64,000 nucleotides of DNA, taken from contig JAVZXS010000002.1 of assembly GCA_038886535.1 (NCBI GenBank), forward strand, positions 96,001 to 160,000, in the 5' to 3' direction. Source of the stretch: Candidatus Micrarchaeia archaeon. GTDB lineage: Archaea > Micrarchaeota > Micrarchaeia > CABMEP01. Below the pieces are notes generated by a model, which saw nothing but the letters and a program-made list of their open reading frames with translations, did no database searches and was not told where the DNA came from. Of this stretch, positions 9,589-19,311 are shown in pieces (within the stretch, counting starts at the first letter, position 1; each line of letters begins with the position of its first letter). Position numbers and translations under genes: made by a program.

Positions 9589-9696
9589 TCAGAGTGACTT
9601 TTTAGTTAGAGTTACTTTTAGTAGATTGACCAAAAATAACAGATAAATAACAATGTTATAAAGAAATAAGCAAAAACAAAAAAATAAATAAAGGAA

Positions 9697-10077
9697 TTAC
9701 GCCGCGGGCTCTTTCGGCTTTTCTTCTTTTACAACTTCGATTTTTGATCTAAGTGCGCGTAAAACACCAGCTGCACGAACTCTATTGAAGTTTGCGATTT
9801 CATTAAGTACATCTGCTTCAACATCCTCAGGAAGTTTCTTTTCTTTTTGCCATAATTGCTGTCCTTTTTTTGCATCGCTAGTCTCTGCAAGTATCGTGCC
9901 TTTTATTGTCATGGTGCCGGATTTTTGTTTGTATTCTATGTGGAAGGTGTATTTTATTTCAAGAATCTCTTTCTTTGCCTTTACACTATTAAGCTTGATT
10001 GTAATTTTGCCACCTTCTTCTAGCTTCTCTTTTTCCTGCTTGAATTCAAAGTAATCTATCTGGTGTTCACGTATCAT
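9697..10077 (-). CDS. conserved archaeal hypothetical protein, probable SecB-like fold
   Basis: Four beta strands (LEIKYTFHIEY...GTMTIKGTIL) plus C-terminal helices; ATG after GGAGTG SD. Confidence 0.55.
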   Translation of the reverse strand: MIREHQIDYFEFKQEKEKLEEGGKITIKLNSVKAKKEILEIKYTFHIEYKQKSGTMTIKGTILAETSDAKKGQQLWQKEKKLPEDVEADVLNEIANFNRVRAAGVLRALRSKIEVVKEEKPKEPAA

Positions 10078-10110
10078 TTTTATCACTCCTATTAATTGTT
10101 GATTATTTGC

Positions 10111-10266
10111 TTATGCCTTTACAAATTTGAATACCTTGCCGTCACATTCTGGGCAGGTTCCCACAAGCTGTGCCCTCTCTCCAGTCTTTGTCTTCAATGT
10201 CTTTTTTTCAAATTTGTCTACTTGAACCTTATTTCTGCATTTCATGCAGTAAAATTCTTCTGCCAT
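10111..10266 (-). CDS. small zinc-ribbon protein (DUF5679-like)
   Basis: MAEEFYCMKCR...GTCPECDGKVFKF, two CxxC; GGAGG SD upstream of ATG 10266. Confidence 0.8.
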   Translation of the reverse strand: MAEEFYCMKCRNKVQVDKFEKKTLKTKTGERAQLVGTCPECDGKVFKFVKA

Positions 10267-10368
10267 ATAGATCCCTCCATCGTCTTTGCTAAAGATGAAT
10301 GCATCAGACGTTAATATAACTACTGACAACTAATATCCAAAATTAAATTATTGATCATCTAGAAATAA

Positions 10369-11028
10369 TCATATCATTATAGAATCATCAGGTTTCATAA
10401 TTATGACTTTTCCTCTTGAAACCCTTCTTGCAAAATCATTAACATCCTGAGTTATTCTTTCAAATGTATTATAATGCATTGGAATTATGTATTTGGCTCT
10501 AAAAAGCTTTGTTGAGTTTGCAGCATCGAGTACATCCATTGTATAGCTTCCACCTATTGGAATCATAGCATAGTCAACATCTATCTGCATCATTTCATTG
10601 AATTGATAGGTGTCACCTGCATGATATATCTTTACTTTGTCATTGATTATGTATCCCACTGGATATTTTGATTGAGGATGAGAAGCCTTGACAACAGTTA
10701 TGTCTATTCCTCTGACTTGGAAGCTGTCACCAATCTCAACAGCTATCTTCTGCCTTTCGTTTATTTCTATACAATTAATTGCTGGTTTCGGGCCTATTAT
10801 GATTGCATTAGTCCTTTCTGCAAGCTCTTTTATAATTATAGGATCGCAATGATCTCTGTGCTCGTGTGTAATTAGGATAAGATCTGCTTTTTTTATTAGA
10901 TGTGGCTTAAGGACAGGTATCTTTATGTTTTCAGGTATACCGCTCCCGAAAAATGGATCAATTAATATTACAGTATCATGTAGAGACAGTTCAAAACCAG
11001 AATGTCCAAGATATCTTATATAATCCAT
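10369..11028 (-). CDS. metallo-beta-lactamase-fold hydrolase (UPF0173-like)
   Basis: LGHSGF, IDPF, THEHRDH, YHAGDT, PIGG, IPMHYNTF. Confidence 0.9.
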   Translation of the reverse strand: MDYIRYLGHSGFELSLHDTVILIDPFFGSGIPENIKIPVLKPHLIKKADLILITHEHRDHCDPIIIKELAERTNAIIIGPKPAINCIEINERQKIAVEIGDSFQVRGIDITVVKASHPQSKYPVGYIINDKVKIYHAGDTYQFNEMMQIDVDYAMIPIGGSYTMDVLDAANSTKLFRAKYIIPMHYNTFERITQDVNDFARRVSRGKVIIMKPDDSIMI

Positions 11029-11128
11029 CTCTATCCCCTGTTTGTTTAAATACTGACAACATTAGTGAAACTATCTAAAATACATATATAACCTTTATAT
11101 TTAAAATCCTACGTTATAATATACATTT

Positions 11129-11941
11129 ATGGACAAGGCTATTAGATATTTATATATTTTACTTTTTGCATGTTTTTTTGCATCTCTAGCACATGCTGGA
11201 TTTACAAGAACATTTATGACTATGCAGATGGTCATAAATGATGATGGAAGCGCTACAATAAGGAACGATATTCGTTTCTATATGGATTCCCAGGATTCTA
11301 TAGATTTATACAAGTTATCTCTAAAGACAACGAATGACATTGCAGGATGGAGACAAAGATTAGGATTGAACGACATAAGATATTATGTTGACACTTCAAA
11401 AGTTCAGATTGAAAAAGTCACAATACAGGCTTATTCTCCAGATACATGCAACTTTGATCAGACAGCCTGTTATGGAACTCTTTCATATGAATATAAAATC
11501 AAACCTCCAACTAATCAAACAGGATTAGTTAAGATAGAGAAGTATATCAAACCAAGGGTGATAAGATATTCATTGAATACAGATGTTTTATCATTTGAGA
11601 CATCTGCAGTTGGAGAGAAATATATACCTGAAAGAACATCTGTAGAGATAGTGATTCCTTCTGACTCTATAAATGTAAAGATGTCACCTATGCCTGTAGA
11701 GTATATTGATACAATCCCCAAAGGTGCAAATAAATTCACATGGCAGGGAAGATTAGTTTTGACAAATTCAGAGCTTATTTTCGAAAGAAGGGTTTCTCTT
11801 ATGACAGAGGTTTTAGAATTCTTTAACAATCTGTTTTCAACTATTAATACATGGGTATTCTCATTGCAAGGAATAATTCTAATAGTATCAATAGTAATGA
11901 TCTGGGTAGGATATTATCTTTTGAAGCAGCAAACAAAGTAA
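11129..11941 (+). CDS. exported protein with signal peptide and C-terminal membrane anchor
   Basis: N-terminal hydrophobic signal ending AHA, beta-rich body, C-terminal TM helix. Confidence 0.7.
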   Translation: MDKAIRYLYILLFACFFASLAHAGFTRTFMTMQMVINDDGSATIRNDIRFYMDSQDSIDLYKLSLKTTNDIAGWRQRLGLNDIRYYVDTSKVQIEKVTIQAYSPDTCNFDQTACYGTLSYEYKIKPPTNQTGLVKIEKYIKPRVIRYSLNTDVLSFETSAVGEKYIPERTSVEIVIPSDSINVKMSPMPVEYIDTIPKGANKFTWQGRLVLTNSELIFERRVSLMTEVLEFFNNLFSTINTWVFSLQGIILIVSIVMIWVGYYLLKQQTK

Positions 11942-11953
11942 TAAGGTGAAACA

Positions 11954-13399
11954 ATGCAAGATAAAAGAATAGAATTGGATTCTCTTCATCAGCATGAAAT
12001 AAAGCTGCTTGCAGCGTTGACAAAAAACAAAGAAGAAATAGATTCGATATCAAAACGTTTAGGAATAAATAAAGATGCGCTTGTCAGATCTGCGTTCGTA
12101 CTTAAGGAACTCGGACTTGCAGAGATAATTGAAGAATCAAAGAAGAGATACTCACTTACGGAAGAAGGAAAATTGAATCTTAAAGAAGGATTTCCAGAAG
12201 AAAGGTTGCTTAGCAAAGACAACACTCCTGTCTCTTCTTTAAGCGAGGATGAGAAGAAGATCGGACTGCAGTGGGCGCTGAAGAATGGCTGGATAAAGAT
12301 AATAGATGGCAAGATAAAGGTTGTATCAAAGCCTCAGAAATATGATCTTAGATCTAAGTTAGAATTAATCTCTGAAGGAAAGGAAGCAGATGAAAAAGAT
12401 ATCAAGATCCTTCTTCAAAGAAAGAATATAGAGGAAAATAAGGAGAAAAAATTATTTGTCAAGGCTACAGATTTAGGATTAGAGTCTATTCCTTTGATTA
12501 TGGATAGGTTAGAAAAAGAAGAGATAAACGAGCTGAATCATTCTCTTATTGTTTCAGGGAAATGGAGAAACGCATCTTTCAGAAAATACAATTTGAGGCT
12601 AAAGGTTGAAAGAGCAAAGAAAGGCGCATTCCATCCCGTTAATGAATACATAAGACAGATAAGAGACATATTTGTAAGCATGGGATTCGAAGAGATGACA
12701 GGGCCAGAAGTGGAATCTGCATTCTGGGATTTCGATGCATTATTCACCCCACAAGACCATCCAGCAAGAGAAATGCAGGATACATTTTATCTTGAGAATC
12801 CTTCAGAATTTGAATATCCGTCAGATGTTGCAGAGCGAGTAAGAGAAGTGCAGGAAAAGGCATGGAAATACAAATGGAATCCAGAGATTCCAAAGCAAGC
12901 AGTTCTACGAACCCACACCACCACTCTTTCTGCACACAAGCTTGTTTCACTCAGAAAAGGAAAAAGAAGCAAACCAGGAAAGTTTTTTGCTATAGGAAGG
13001 GTTTATAGAAATGAGGCAACAGACTTCAAGCATCTTGCTGAGTTTTATCAGATTGAAGGAATTGTAGCATGGAAGAATGCAAACTTCAGACACCTTCTTG
13101 GTGTGCTGAGTGCATTCTATGAGAAACAGAATATAAAGATAAGATTCAGACCACACTATTTCCCTTACACAGAGCCTTCTGTAGAGATAGACAGATGGGA
13201 TGAAAAAAGAAACCAATGGATTGAGCTTGCAGGAGCAGGTATACTCAGGCCCGAGGTTTCAATTCCATTATGGGGCTCATATCCAGTTCTTGCTTGGGGT
13301 ATGTCTCTTGAAAGGCCTCTGATGCATAAACTTTCATTGAAGGACATAAGAACACCGTATCAAAACGATATTTACTGGATATCTGATTCACAGATATAA
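11954..13399 (+). CDS. pheS: phenylalanine--tRNA ligase alpha subunit
   Basis: FWDFDALFTPQDHPAREMQDTF, LRTHTT, YRNEATDFKHLAEFYQIEG, FPYTEPS. Confidence 0.97.
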   Translation: MQDKRIELDSLHQHEIKLLAALTKNKEEIDSISKRLGINKDALVRSAFVLKELGLAEIIEESKKRYSLTEEGKLNLKEGFPEERLLSKDNTPVSSLSEDEKKIGLQWALKNGWIKIIDGKIKVVSKPQKYDLRSKLELISEGKEADEKDIKILLQRKNIEENKEKKLFVKATDLGLESIPLIMDRLEKEEINELNHSLIVSGKWRNASFRKYNLRLKVERAKKGAFHPVNEYIRQIRDIFVSMGFEEMTGPEVESAFWDFDALFTPQDHPAREMQDTFYLENPSEFEYPSDVAERVREVQEKAWKYKWNPEIPKQAVLRTHTTTLSAHKLVSLRKGKRSKPGKFFAIGRVYRNEATDFKHLAEFYQIEGIVAWKNANFRHLLGVLSAFYEKQNIKIRFRPHYFPYTEPSVEIDRWDEKRNQWIELAGAGILRPEVSIPLWGSYPVLAWGMSLERPLMHKLSLKDIRTPYQNDIYWISDSQI

Positions 13400-13439
13400 T
13401 TTAGATGAATGTTCATTTAATTCATAAAAATGTGATTAT

Positions 13440-15125
13440 ATGGCAACAATTTCATTTAGGAAAAATGAACTTGTGCGTTTTATCGGTAAAGAGATATCGC
13501 CTCAAGAAATAGCACATTCATTTGAAATGCTTGGAATGCCTGTAGACAAGTATGACGAAGAAGAGATAATTGCAGATATAACGAATGATAGAGTTGATAT
13601 GTTTACGGTAGAAGGTGCAGGCAGGGCAATAGGTCAATTCCTTGGGGTTTTAGGTCCAAAGGAATACAAGACTTCAAAGTCAGAACTGGTTCTTCATGTA
13701 GAGAATGTAGAATGCAGGCCATATGTAGTTGCATTTGTAGCAAAGAATGTGAAGATTGACGATGAAATGATACGCTCTCTTATTATGGCTCAGGAAAAGA
13801 TACATGAGACCTTTGGAAGGAAAAGAAGGAAGATTGCAATAGGAATACACGATGCAGACAAAGTTGAAGGACCATTGTATTACAAGCAGGTAAAAGATAT
13901 AAAATTCGTCCCACTCGATACATCTAAAGAAATGAACGTGCAGGAAATATTAAGCAGCCATCCTAAAGGTCAGGAATACGCACACATATTCAATAATGTA
14001 AATCAGTATCCAATGTTCATGGATAAGAAAGGAGTTTTGTCATTCCCGCCAATAATAAATTCAGAAAGGACAAGATTGACTGAAAATACAAGGAACCTTC
14101 TTTTTGATATAACCGGAACATCTGAACATGCAATTAGACTGGTTGCAAACATCTTTGCCACATCCCTTGCAGATAGGGGGGCATTAATAGAAGATGTAGA
14201 AATAATAGCAAATGGCTTGAGGAGAAATAGTCTTGAATATGGGAGAAAAGAGAAATTGTCTATTAAATTTGCAAATAAAATTTTAGGCGTCAGATTCAAG
14301 CCCGAGGAAATGATTTCACTTCTTTCAAGAATGGGATTTAAATCAAATTTGTCAACAAAGAAGGATGAATTGATCATAGACGTACCTCCCTACAGAGCAG
14401 ATATAATGCATGAGGTTGATTTTGTAGAGGATATCGCAGTTGCATACGGTTATGACAAATTCAAACCTAAGCTTCCAAATCTAACAACAAATGGTTCAAT
14501 TTCTCCCCAGTCAAAGATTGATCAGAAAATAAGGGAAATGATGGTTGCATTACAATTTATAGAGACAAATTCTTGGACATTGACGAATGAAGAGACAATG
14601 AGGAAAGCATTGATGGAAAAGAAGGCCGTAAAAATCAAGAATCCAAGAACACAGGATTTCACTATATTTAGAACTGACATCACGCCTTCTTTGCTTAGCA
14701 TACTTTCAGAAAACAAAACAAAAGGTTTGCCTATTAAGATATTTGAAGTAGGTAGAGTCGCAGATGAGAAAGGAAACTGCTATACAAATCTTTGCTGTGC
14801 TATAATGGGAGAGAATGCAGATTTCAGCCAGATTGCAACAGTTCTATTCGAGATAAAACGTTTTGCCAATGTTTCAGAAGTTTATCCAGATGAACTAAAA
14901 ACAGATAAAAAATCACAGAAGAATAAGATCCAAACAAATAATTTCAAACATTTAATAGATGGGAGATACATATTTATAAAAAATGTTGATGACGGAAAAA
15001 TATGTGGTTGGGCTGGCGAAATTCATCCACAAGTTCTTGAAAACTTCAAGTTGGAATATCCAGTTGTAATGATGGAATTCAGGCTGCAACCTAAAGAAGA
15101 CAAAAAGAAAAGGAAGAATCAATAG
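13440..15125 (+). CDS. pheT: phenylalanine--tRNA ligase beta subunit
   Basis: QEKIHETFGRKRRKIAIGIHD, SFPPIINS, PPYRADIMHEVDFVEDIAVAYGY. Confidence 0.97.
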   Translation: MATISFRKNELVRFIGKEISPQEIAHSFEMLGMPVDKYDEEEIIADITNDRVDMFTVEGAGRAIGQFLGVLGPKEYKTSKSELVLHVENVECRPYVVAFVAKNVKIDDEMIRSLIMAQEKIHETFGRKRRKIAIGIHDADKVEGPLYYKQVKDIKFVPLDTSKEMNVQEILSSHPKGQEYAHIFNNVNQYPMFMDKKGVLSFPPIINSERTRLTENTRNLLFDITGTSEHAIRLVANIFATSLADRGALIEDVEIIANGLRRNSLEYGRKEKLSIKFANKILGVRFKPEEMISLLSRMGFKSNLSTKKDELIIDVPPYRADIMHEVDFVEDIAVAYGYDKFKPKLPNLTTNGSISPQSKIDQKIREMMVALQFIETNSWTLTNEETMRKALMEKKAVKIKNPRTQDFTIFRTDITPSLLSILSENKTKGLPIKIFEVGRVADEKGNCYTNLCCAIMGENADFSQIATVLFEIKRFANVSEVYPDELKTDKKSQKNKIQTNNFKHLIDGRYIFIKNVDDGKICGWAGEIHPQVLENFKLEYPVVMMEFRLQPKEDKKKRKNQ

Positions 15126-15195
15126 TTTCTTTATTTTATTTATTTTTTACTTCTTGAAAAGATATTTTTTAAAATATTATTGCTTAAATCATTCC

Positions 15196-15648
15196 ATGCA
15201 CAGAGTAAGAAAGTTCATAGTTTTACCTACAAAAAAAGAAAATGCTAAGAAAGAGATTGAAGGGCTACTTAAAGAAGCAAAGCTTCCATACCAGAAAATA
15301 GAGGAAGAGTTGATAGGAAACTCTCCAATAATTTGGATTACATCTCCAGAAGAAAAAAAGATAATTTCTTTCTTCAAAAAAAGAAATATGAAAGCTTTTC
15401 CCTCTAATACTTCAATTGTAAAACTAAAAGATAAACCTGGTGAAGTTGCAAAAATAGCAAGGATTCTTGTTTCTTCTGGTTTGGAAGTTGAAGATGCACA
15501 TCTTATATTAAAGAGTAGATCAACAGCTTTGTATGGTATAATTACAAACAAACCAGCAGAAGCAGATAGACTTATACAAAAGATAGTTACAACTTTACAA
15601 GAAACAGAAGAAGAGGAAGTTCAAGAACAACCATCACAAGAGTATTAG
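15196..15648 (+). CDS. ACT-domain protein
   Basis: VKLKDKPGEVAKIARIL ACT signature; start moved to the first ATG. Confidence 0.7.
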   Translation: MHRVRKFIVLPTKKENAKKEIEGLLKEAKLPYQKIEEELIGNSPIIWITSPEEKKIISFFKKRNMKAFPSNTSIVKLKDKPGEVAKIARILVSSGLEVEDAHLILKSRSTALYGIITNKPAEADRLIQKIVTTLQETEEEEVQEQPSQEY

Positions 15649-15687
15649 ATATATTTGCTATCCATATCGCTCCAATTTTTTAATCAT

Positions 15688-16785
15688 TTAATTATCTACT
15701 TTTATTTTAATGCCGTTTTTTACTATTTCAAGTCCGTTTTCTTTTAGGAATTTTTCCATTTCACTTTTGTCTTTTCTGCTCTTTATATCTTTATATTTTT
15801 TAATCAGTTCAGTTATTTCATACGCATGTTTTATTATCCATTCTCCTTTTTCCTTTTCCTCTTTTATTTGGATCTCGAGTTGTTTTACTCTTTCTTCTTG
15901 ATGTTTTAGTCGATTAAGTAAGCGATTAATTCTTTTTGTTTTTTCAATATCTTGTAGAGAAGTCATTTCAAAATCATATGCTTCTTCAAATGCTTTAAAT
16001 AGATCTATTTCTTTATAATTCTCAATTTTTCCCATAAGTCTTTCATCTACTAAAAATAATTCGTCATCTTTTAATATAGGTTTTATCTTGTTATCTAATA
16101 AGTTATAATAGAACTCTTCTATCCTATAAGCAATTCTTTCTTTTTCATAGTCATTAAATTCCATAATTTTCTTTTTTGGATCCCATCCTTCTGATTCAAA
16201 TATCTTATTTAAATAAAAAGCGGGAAATTGAATGTTTCTACTTATTGCCACAACGATCTTTTCATTCTGCAATTCTTGCATTTTTAGTATTTGGATTATT
16301 TGTTCTTTTTTAACCTCTCTTTTTTCATTCTTGGGCGTAGAATATTCTTTTCCTGTTTCTAGTATTCGTTCTTTCTCCTCAATTTTGAACTTAATGTTCT
16401 TTATTTTTCCTTCTGAAATTAAAATCAAATTTCCTTTTTTAGTGCACTCTAAAATTATAGATCCATTTTCAAATTCTAATTCAATTATTCTGTCATTATT
16501 TAATTGTCTTATATCTTTTATGATTTTATTTGCTAATAAATTTTTTACAGAAATTGCAAATGGAGTAGGTTCAGATTCTATTTTTTCTCTATCTCTTAAA
16601 AATAAATATCTAGGTGGTAGGAATACGAGATCCTTTTTTCCTTCTTTTAGCTTGAATCGAAAAATAAATTTTGTATCTAAATCATAAAAATGATCTAATC
16701 TTGCATGGTTTTGAACAAGCTCTTTTTGGATTTTTTTTATTATAAACAAAATATCAAGGTTTGTAAGTTCTCTTTGGGAGATCAT
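15688..16785 (-). CDS. NFACT/Rqc2 (FbpA-like) ribosome quality control protein, short form
   Basis: PTPFAISVKNLL...IRQLNNDRIIELEF...LE...GNLIL, ERIL..G.EY..P, then coiled coil. Confidence 0.75.
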   Translation of the reverse strand: MISQRELTNLDILFIIKKIQKELVQNHARLDHFYDLDTKFIFRFKLKEGKKDLVFLPPRYLFLRDREKIESEPTPFAISVKNLLANKIIKDIRQLNNDRIIELEFENGSIILECTKKGNLILISEGKIKNIKFKIEEKERILETGKEYSTPKNEKREVKKEQIIQILKMQELQNEKIVVAISRNIQFPAFYLNKIFESEGWDPKKKIMEFNDYEKERIAYRIEEFYYNLLDNKIKPILKDDELFLVDERLMGKIENYKEIDLFKAFEEAYDFEMTSLQDIEKTKRINRLLNRLKHQEERVKQLEIQIKEEKEKGEWIIKHAYEITELIKKYKDIKSRKDKSEMEKFLKENGLEIVKNGIKIKVDN

Positions 16786-16836
16786 AATTTCACTTTAGGT
16801 TTCTTTTTTTATAAAAATAAAAAAAATTAGTAATTT

Positions 16837-18015
16837 TTATTGAAGAAGCATGCTTTCAACAGTTCTTTTTATCCATTCTTTGGAATAAAGGAGCCTAATC
16901 AGAGTTGAATGCCCTCTTATTCCTTTACCTGAGCCTATAGTTTCTACTAAACCTAAGGCTTCTAGTTCTTTTACATATTCTTTACACCATCTTGAAGATC
17001 TTACTTCTCTTCCTAACTCTTTGCATGTTTTCTTGTATGCTTCATATAACTCTCCCATCATGAAGTATTCTCCGTTTTCTTCGTTTAATTTCTGATACTT
17101 ACTTCCCTGAATAGATAGTAAAGCAAGGGAATACAAAACGAGCTGTTGGTGTTCTGGAAGAGTTGCGACTGCTTCAGATACAAGGTCTTTTTCTACGCTC
17201 TTTCTTGCTTCTTCTACATGTTTATATGTTACTATATCGTCTTTTTTCTCATCTGCTATCTCACCTGCATACATAAGCAGTTTTAAAGCGTATCTAGCAT
17301 CTCCAGTTTCTCTTGCTGCAATTGCAGCTGCAAGATTTATTGCAGATGTATCACATGCATTTTCATTAAAACCTAGATTGGCCCTGTAAGTAAGAATCTC
17401 CTTTAATTGTTCTGAATTATATGGTGGGAATACAACTTCAGACTCCAATAATGCACTTTTGCTTCTGTTATCGAGCTGGTTCTTAAATGATATCTTATTT
17501 GATATACCAATGATTGAGATACCACCACTCTTCAATTCGTCATTTGCTCTTGTTAAGGTGTAGATAAGTTCATTAAGATCTTTTATGATATCAATTTCAT
17601 CTAGCACGATTATTAGGAATTTATTTCCATTGTTTATCCAGCTTATTATTCTTTCATAGAAATGTGAAGGTGGAAATCCGTTCTTTGAGAAACCTACTAT
17701 ATCATTAGCAAGCTTTTGTAGGATTTTATATCTTGTATTGTACATTCTGCAATTAATATAATTTATAACGCCATTCGATGGTAATTCTTTAAATTGTTTC
17801 ATTATATATTTTACAGAAGAGGTTTTTCCAGTTCCGGTTTTTCCATATATAAATACATTGTTAGGTCGCTTATTCTTAAAAACAGGAGCTATAACCCTCA
17901 TTATTTTTTCAATCTCCTTTTCCCTGTGTATTATTTTTTCAGGAAGATAGTGTGGTGAAAGTGCATCTTTATTTATAAAGACAGATTTTTCAGCTAAGAT
18001 ATCTTTGAAGTTCAA
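16837..18015 (-). CDS. cdc6: ORC1/Cdc6 replication initiator
   Basis: LSPHYLPEKIIHRE, GKTGTGKT, VLDEID, FPPYN, GDARYAL, C-terminal wHTH; TTG start after GAGGTG. Confidence 0.97.
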   Translation of the reverse strand: MNFKDILAEKSVFINKDALSPHYLPEKIIHREKEIEKIMRVIAPVFKNKRPNNVFIYGKTGTGKTSSVKYIMKQFKELPSNGVINYINCRMYNTRYKILQKLANDIVGFSKNGFPPSHFYERIISWINNGNKFLIIVLDEIDIIKDLNELIYTLTRANDELKSGGISIIGISNKISFKNQLDNRSKSALLESEVVFPPYNSEQLKEILTYRANLGFNENACDTSAINLAAAIAARETGDARYALKLLMYAGEIADEKKDDIVTYKHVEEARKSVEKDLVSEAVATLPEHQQLVLYSLALLSIQGSKYQKLNEENGEYFMMGELYEAYKKTCKELGREVRSSRWCKEYVKELEALGLVETIGSGKGIRGHSTLIRLLYSKEWIKRTVESMLLQ

Positions 18016-18027
18016 GTGCTCACCTCT

Positions 18028-18420
18028 TCAAAAACAGTGTAGGTATGGATATTAATCTGAAGTTTATGCACTCTAGGAAGTTGTTCCACTTCCACTATTC
18101 AATTTTCAGTATCCTATCCTGGTCTCCCACAACCATAAGAAAGGATACGAAGACGATTCACTACAATTTTTTAGTTCTTATTTCTGTTTTTTCTCCCACA
18201 CTGTTTATGATAAAAAATTTTTTTGCTGTTTTTGTTTTTGAAAAGAAATATATAAAAAGCTATTTGTGAAAAAAAGTTTGTAAGAAGTAAAAATTTTTGA
18301 AAAAAATTTCACTTTTACACAAAAATCTGATCATATCTTGAACCCATGATAAGTTAAGCATTTAAACTTTACTTCTGTAAATGTGTTTAATAATTGTTAA
18401 TTAATTCATAAAAATTGTAT
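18028..18420. promoter_or_regulatory. candidate replication origin (inverted 16-bp repeat plus AT-rich unwinding region)
   Basis: TCAAAAACAGTGTAGG (18028-18043) vs reverse complement of 18195-18210 (TCATAAACAGTGTGGG), 14/16 identical; A/T tracts 18211-18420; directly upstream of cdc6. Confidence 0.55.
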
Positions 18421-18446
18421 AATTTATTTTTGAAAAAGGTGATTTT

Positions 18447-19205
18447 ATCTTCGAAATTGTTTTAGATGATGCAAAATTGTGGAAAAAAAGCATGGATGCG
18501 ATTGTGAATCTAGTTAAGGAAGGTTCATTTGAATTTGACAAAGAAGGGATAAAGCTTATGGCAATGGATCCTTCCCAGATATCAATGCTTATTTTCAACA
18601 TTCCAAGCTCCGCATTCTCAAAGTATGAAGTATCAGAAAAGGCAAAATTAGGAATCAACATTGAGGAATTCAGCAAGATAATGGGAAGAATGAGAGCAAA
18701 AGAAAAAATGGTTCTTAAGTATGATGGATCAAATAAGCTTGATGTAACATTCATAGCTGAGAAGAGTAGAAGATCATTCAAGATACCGATAATTGATGTG
18801 ACACCAGGCCCTTCAAAGGCCCTACAAATAGAATATAATACTTATGTAAAAATGAAGGCAAGTATATTCAAGGAAATTTTAAAGGACGTAGCTTTAATTA
18901 GCCCACATATTCTTCTAGTTGCAGATGTAAAGAGATTTAAGGTTGAGGCGACTGGAGATAACTCAGGTGTGGAAATTGATTACGAGGGAGATGTAGAAGT
19001 AAAATCTGATTCTGTTACCCATGGTCTTTTTTCAAGAGATTATTTAGATGACATGACAAAAGGAAGCGAAGATGATGCAGATTTAACCATTTATTTAGGA
19101 TCGCCAACACAAACAGACAAAAGACCAAAGCCACTAAAGCTTGAATACAATATCGGTCCTGCCTCATTCATTTATTTCCTTGCACCAAGAATCGAGACAG
19201 ACTAA
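18447..19205 (+). CDS. pcn: DNA polymerase sliding clamp PCNA; probable ATC start at 18447
   Basis: (M)FEIVLDDAKLWKKSMDAI, AMDPSQISML, YFLAPRIE; in-frame TAA at 18420 leaves no canonical start before the first beta strand. Confidence 0.95.
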   Translation: MFEIVLDDAKLWKKSMDAIVNLVKEGSFEFDKEGIKLMAMDPSQISMLIFNIPSSAFSKYEVSEKAKLGINIEEFSKIMGRMRAKEKMVLKYDGSNKLDVTFIAEKSRRSFKIPIIDVTPGPSKALQIEYNTYVKMKASIFKEILKDVALISPHILLVADVKRFKVEATGDNSGVEIDYEGDVEVKSDSVTHGLFSRDYLDDMTKGSEDDADLTIYLGSPTQTDKRPKPLKLEYNIGPASFIYFLAPRIETD

Positions 19206-19311
19206 TCTTTTTAATTTTATTTTTTTCGATGCATTTTTATAAGGTACAATTTCACAATATCTCTAAAGCTTTTAATAGAAATCTTTATATTTCTCTCTTT
19301 GTTCTTTAATA

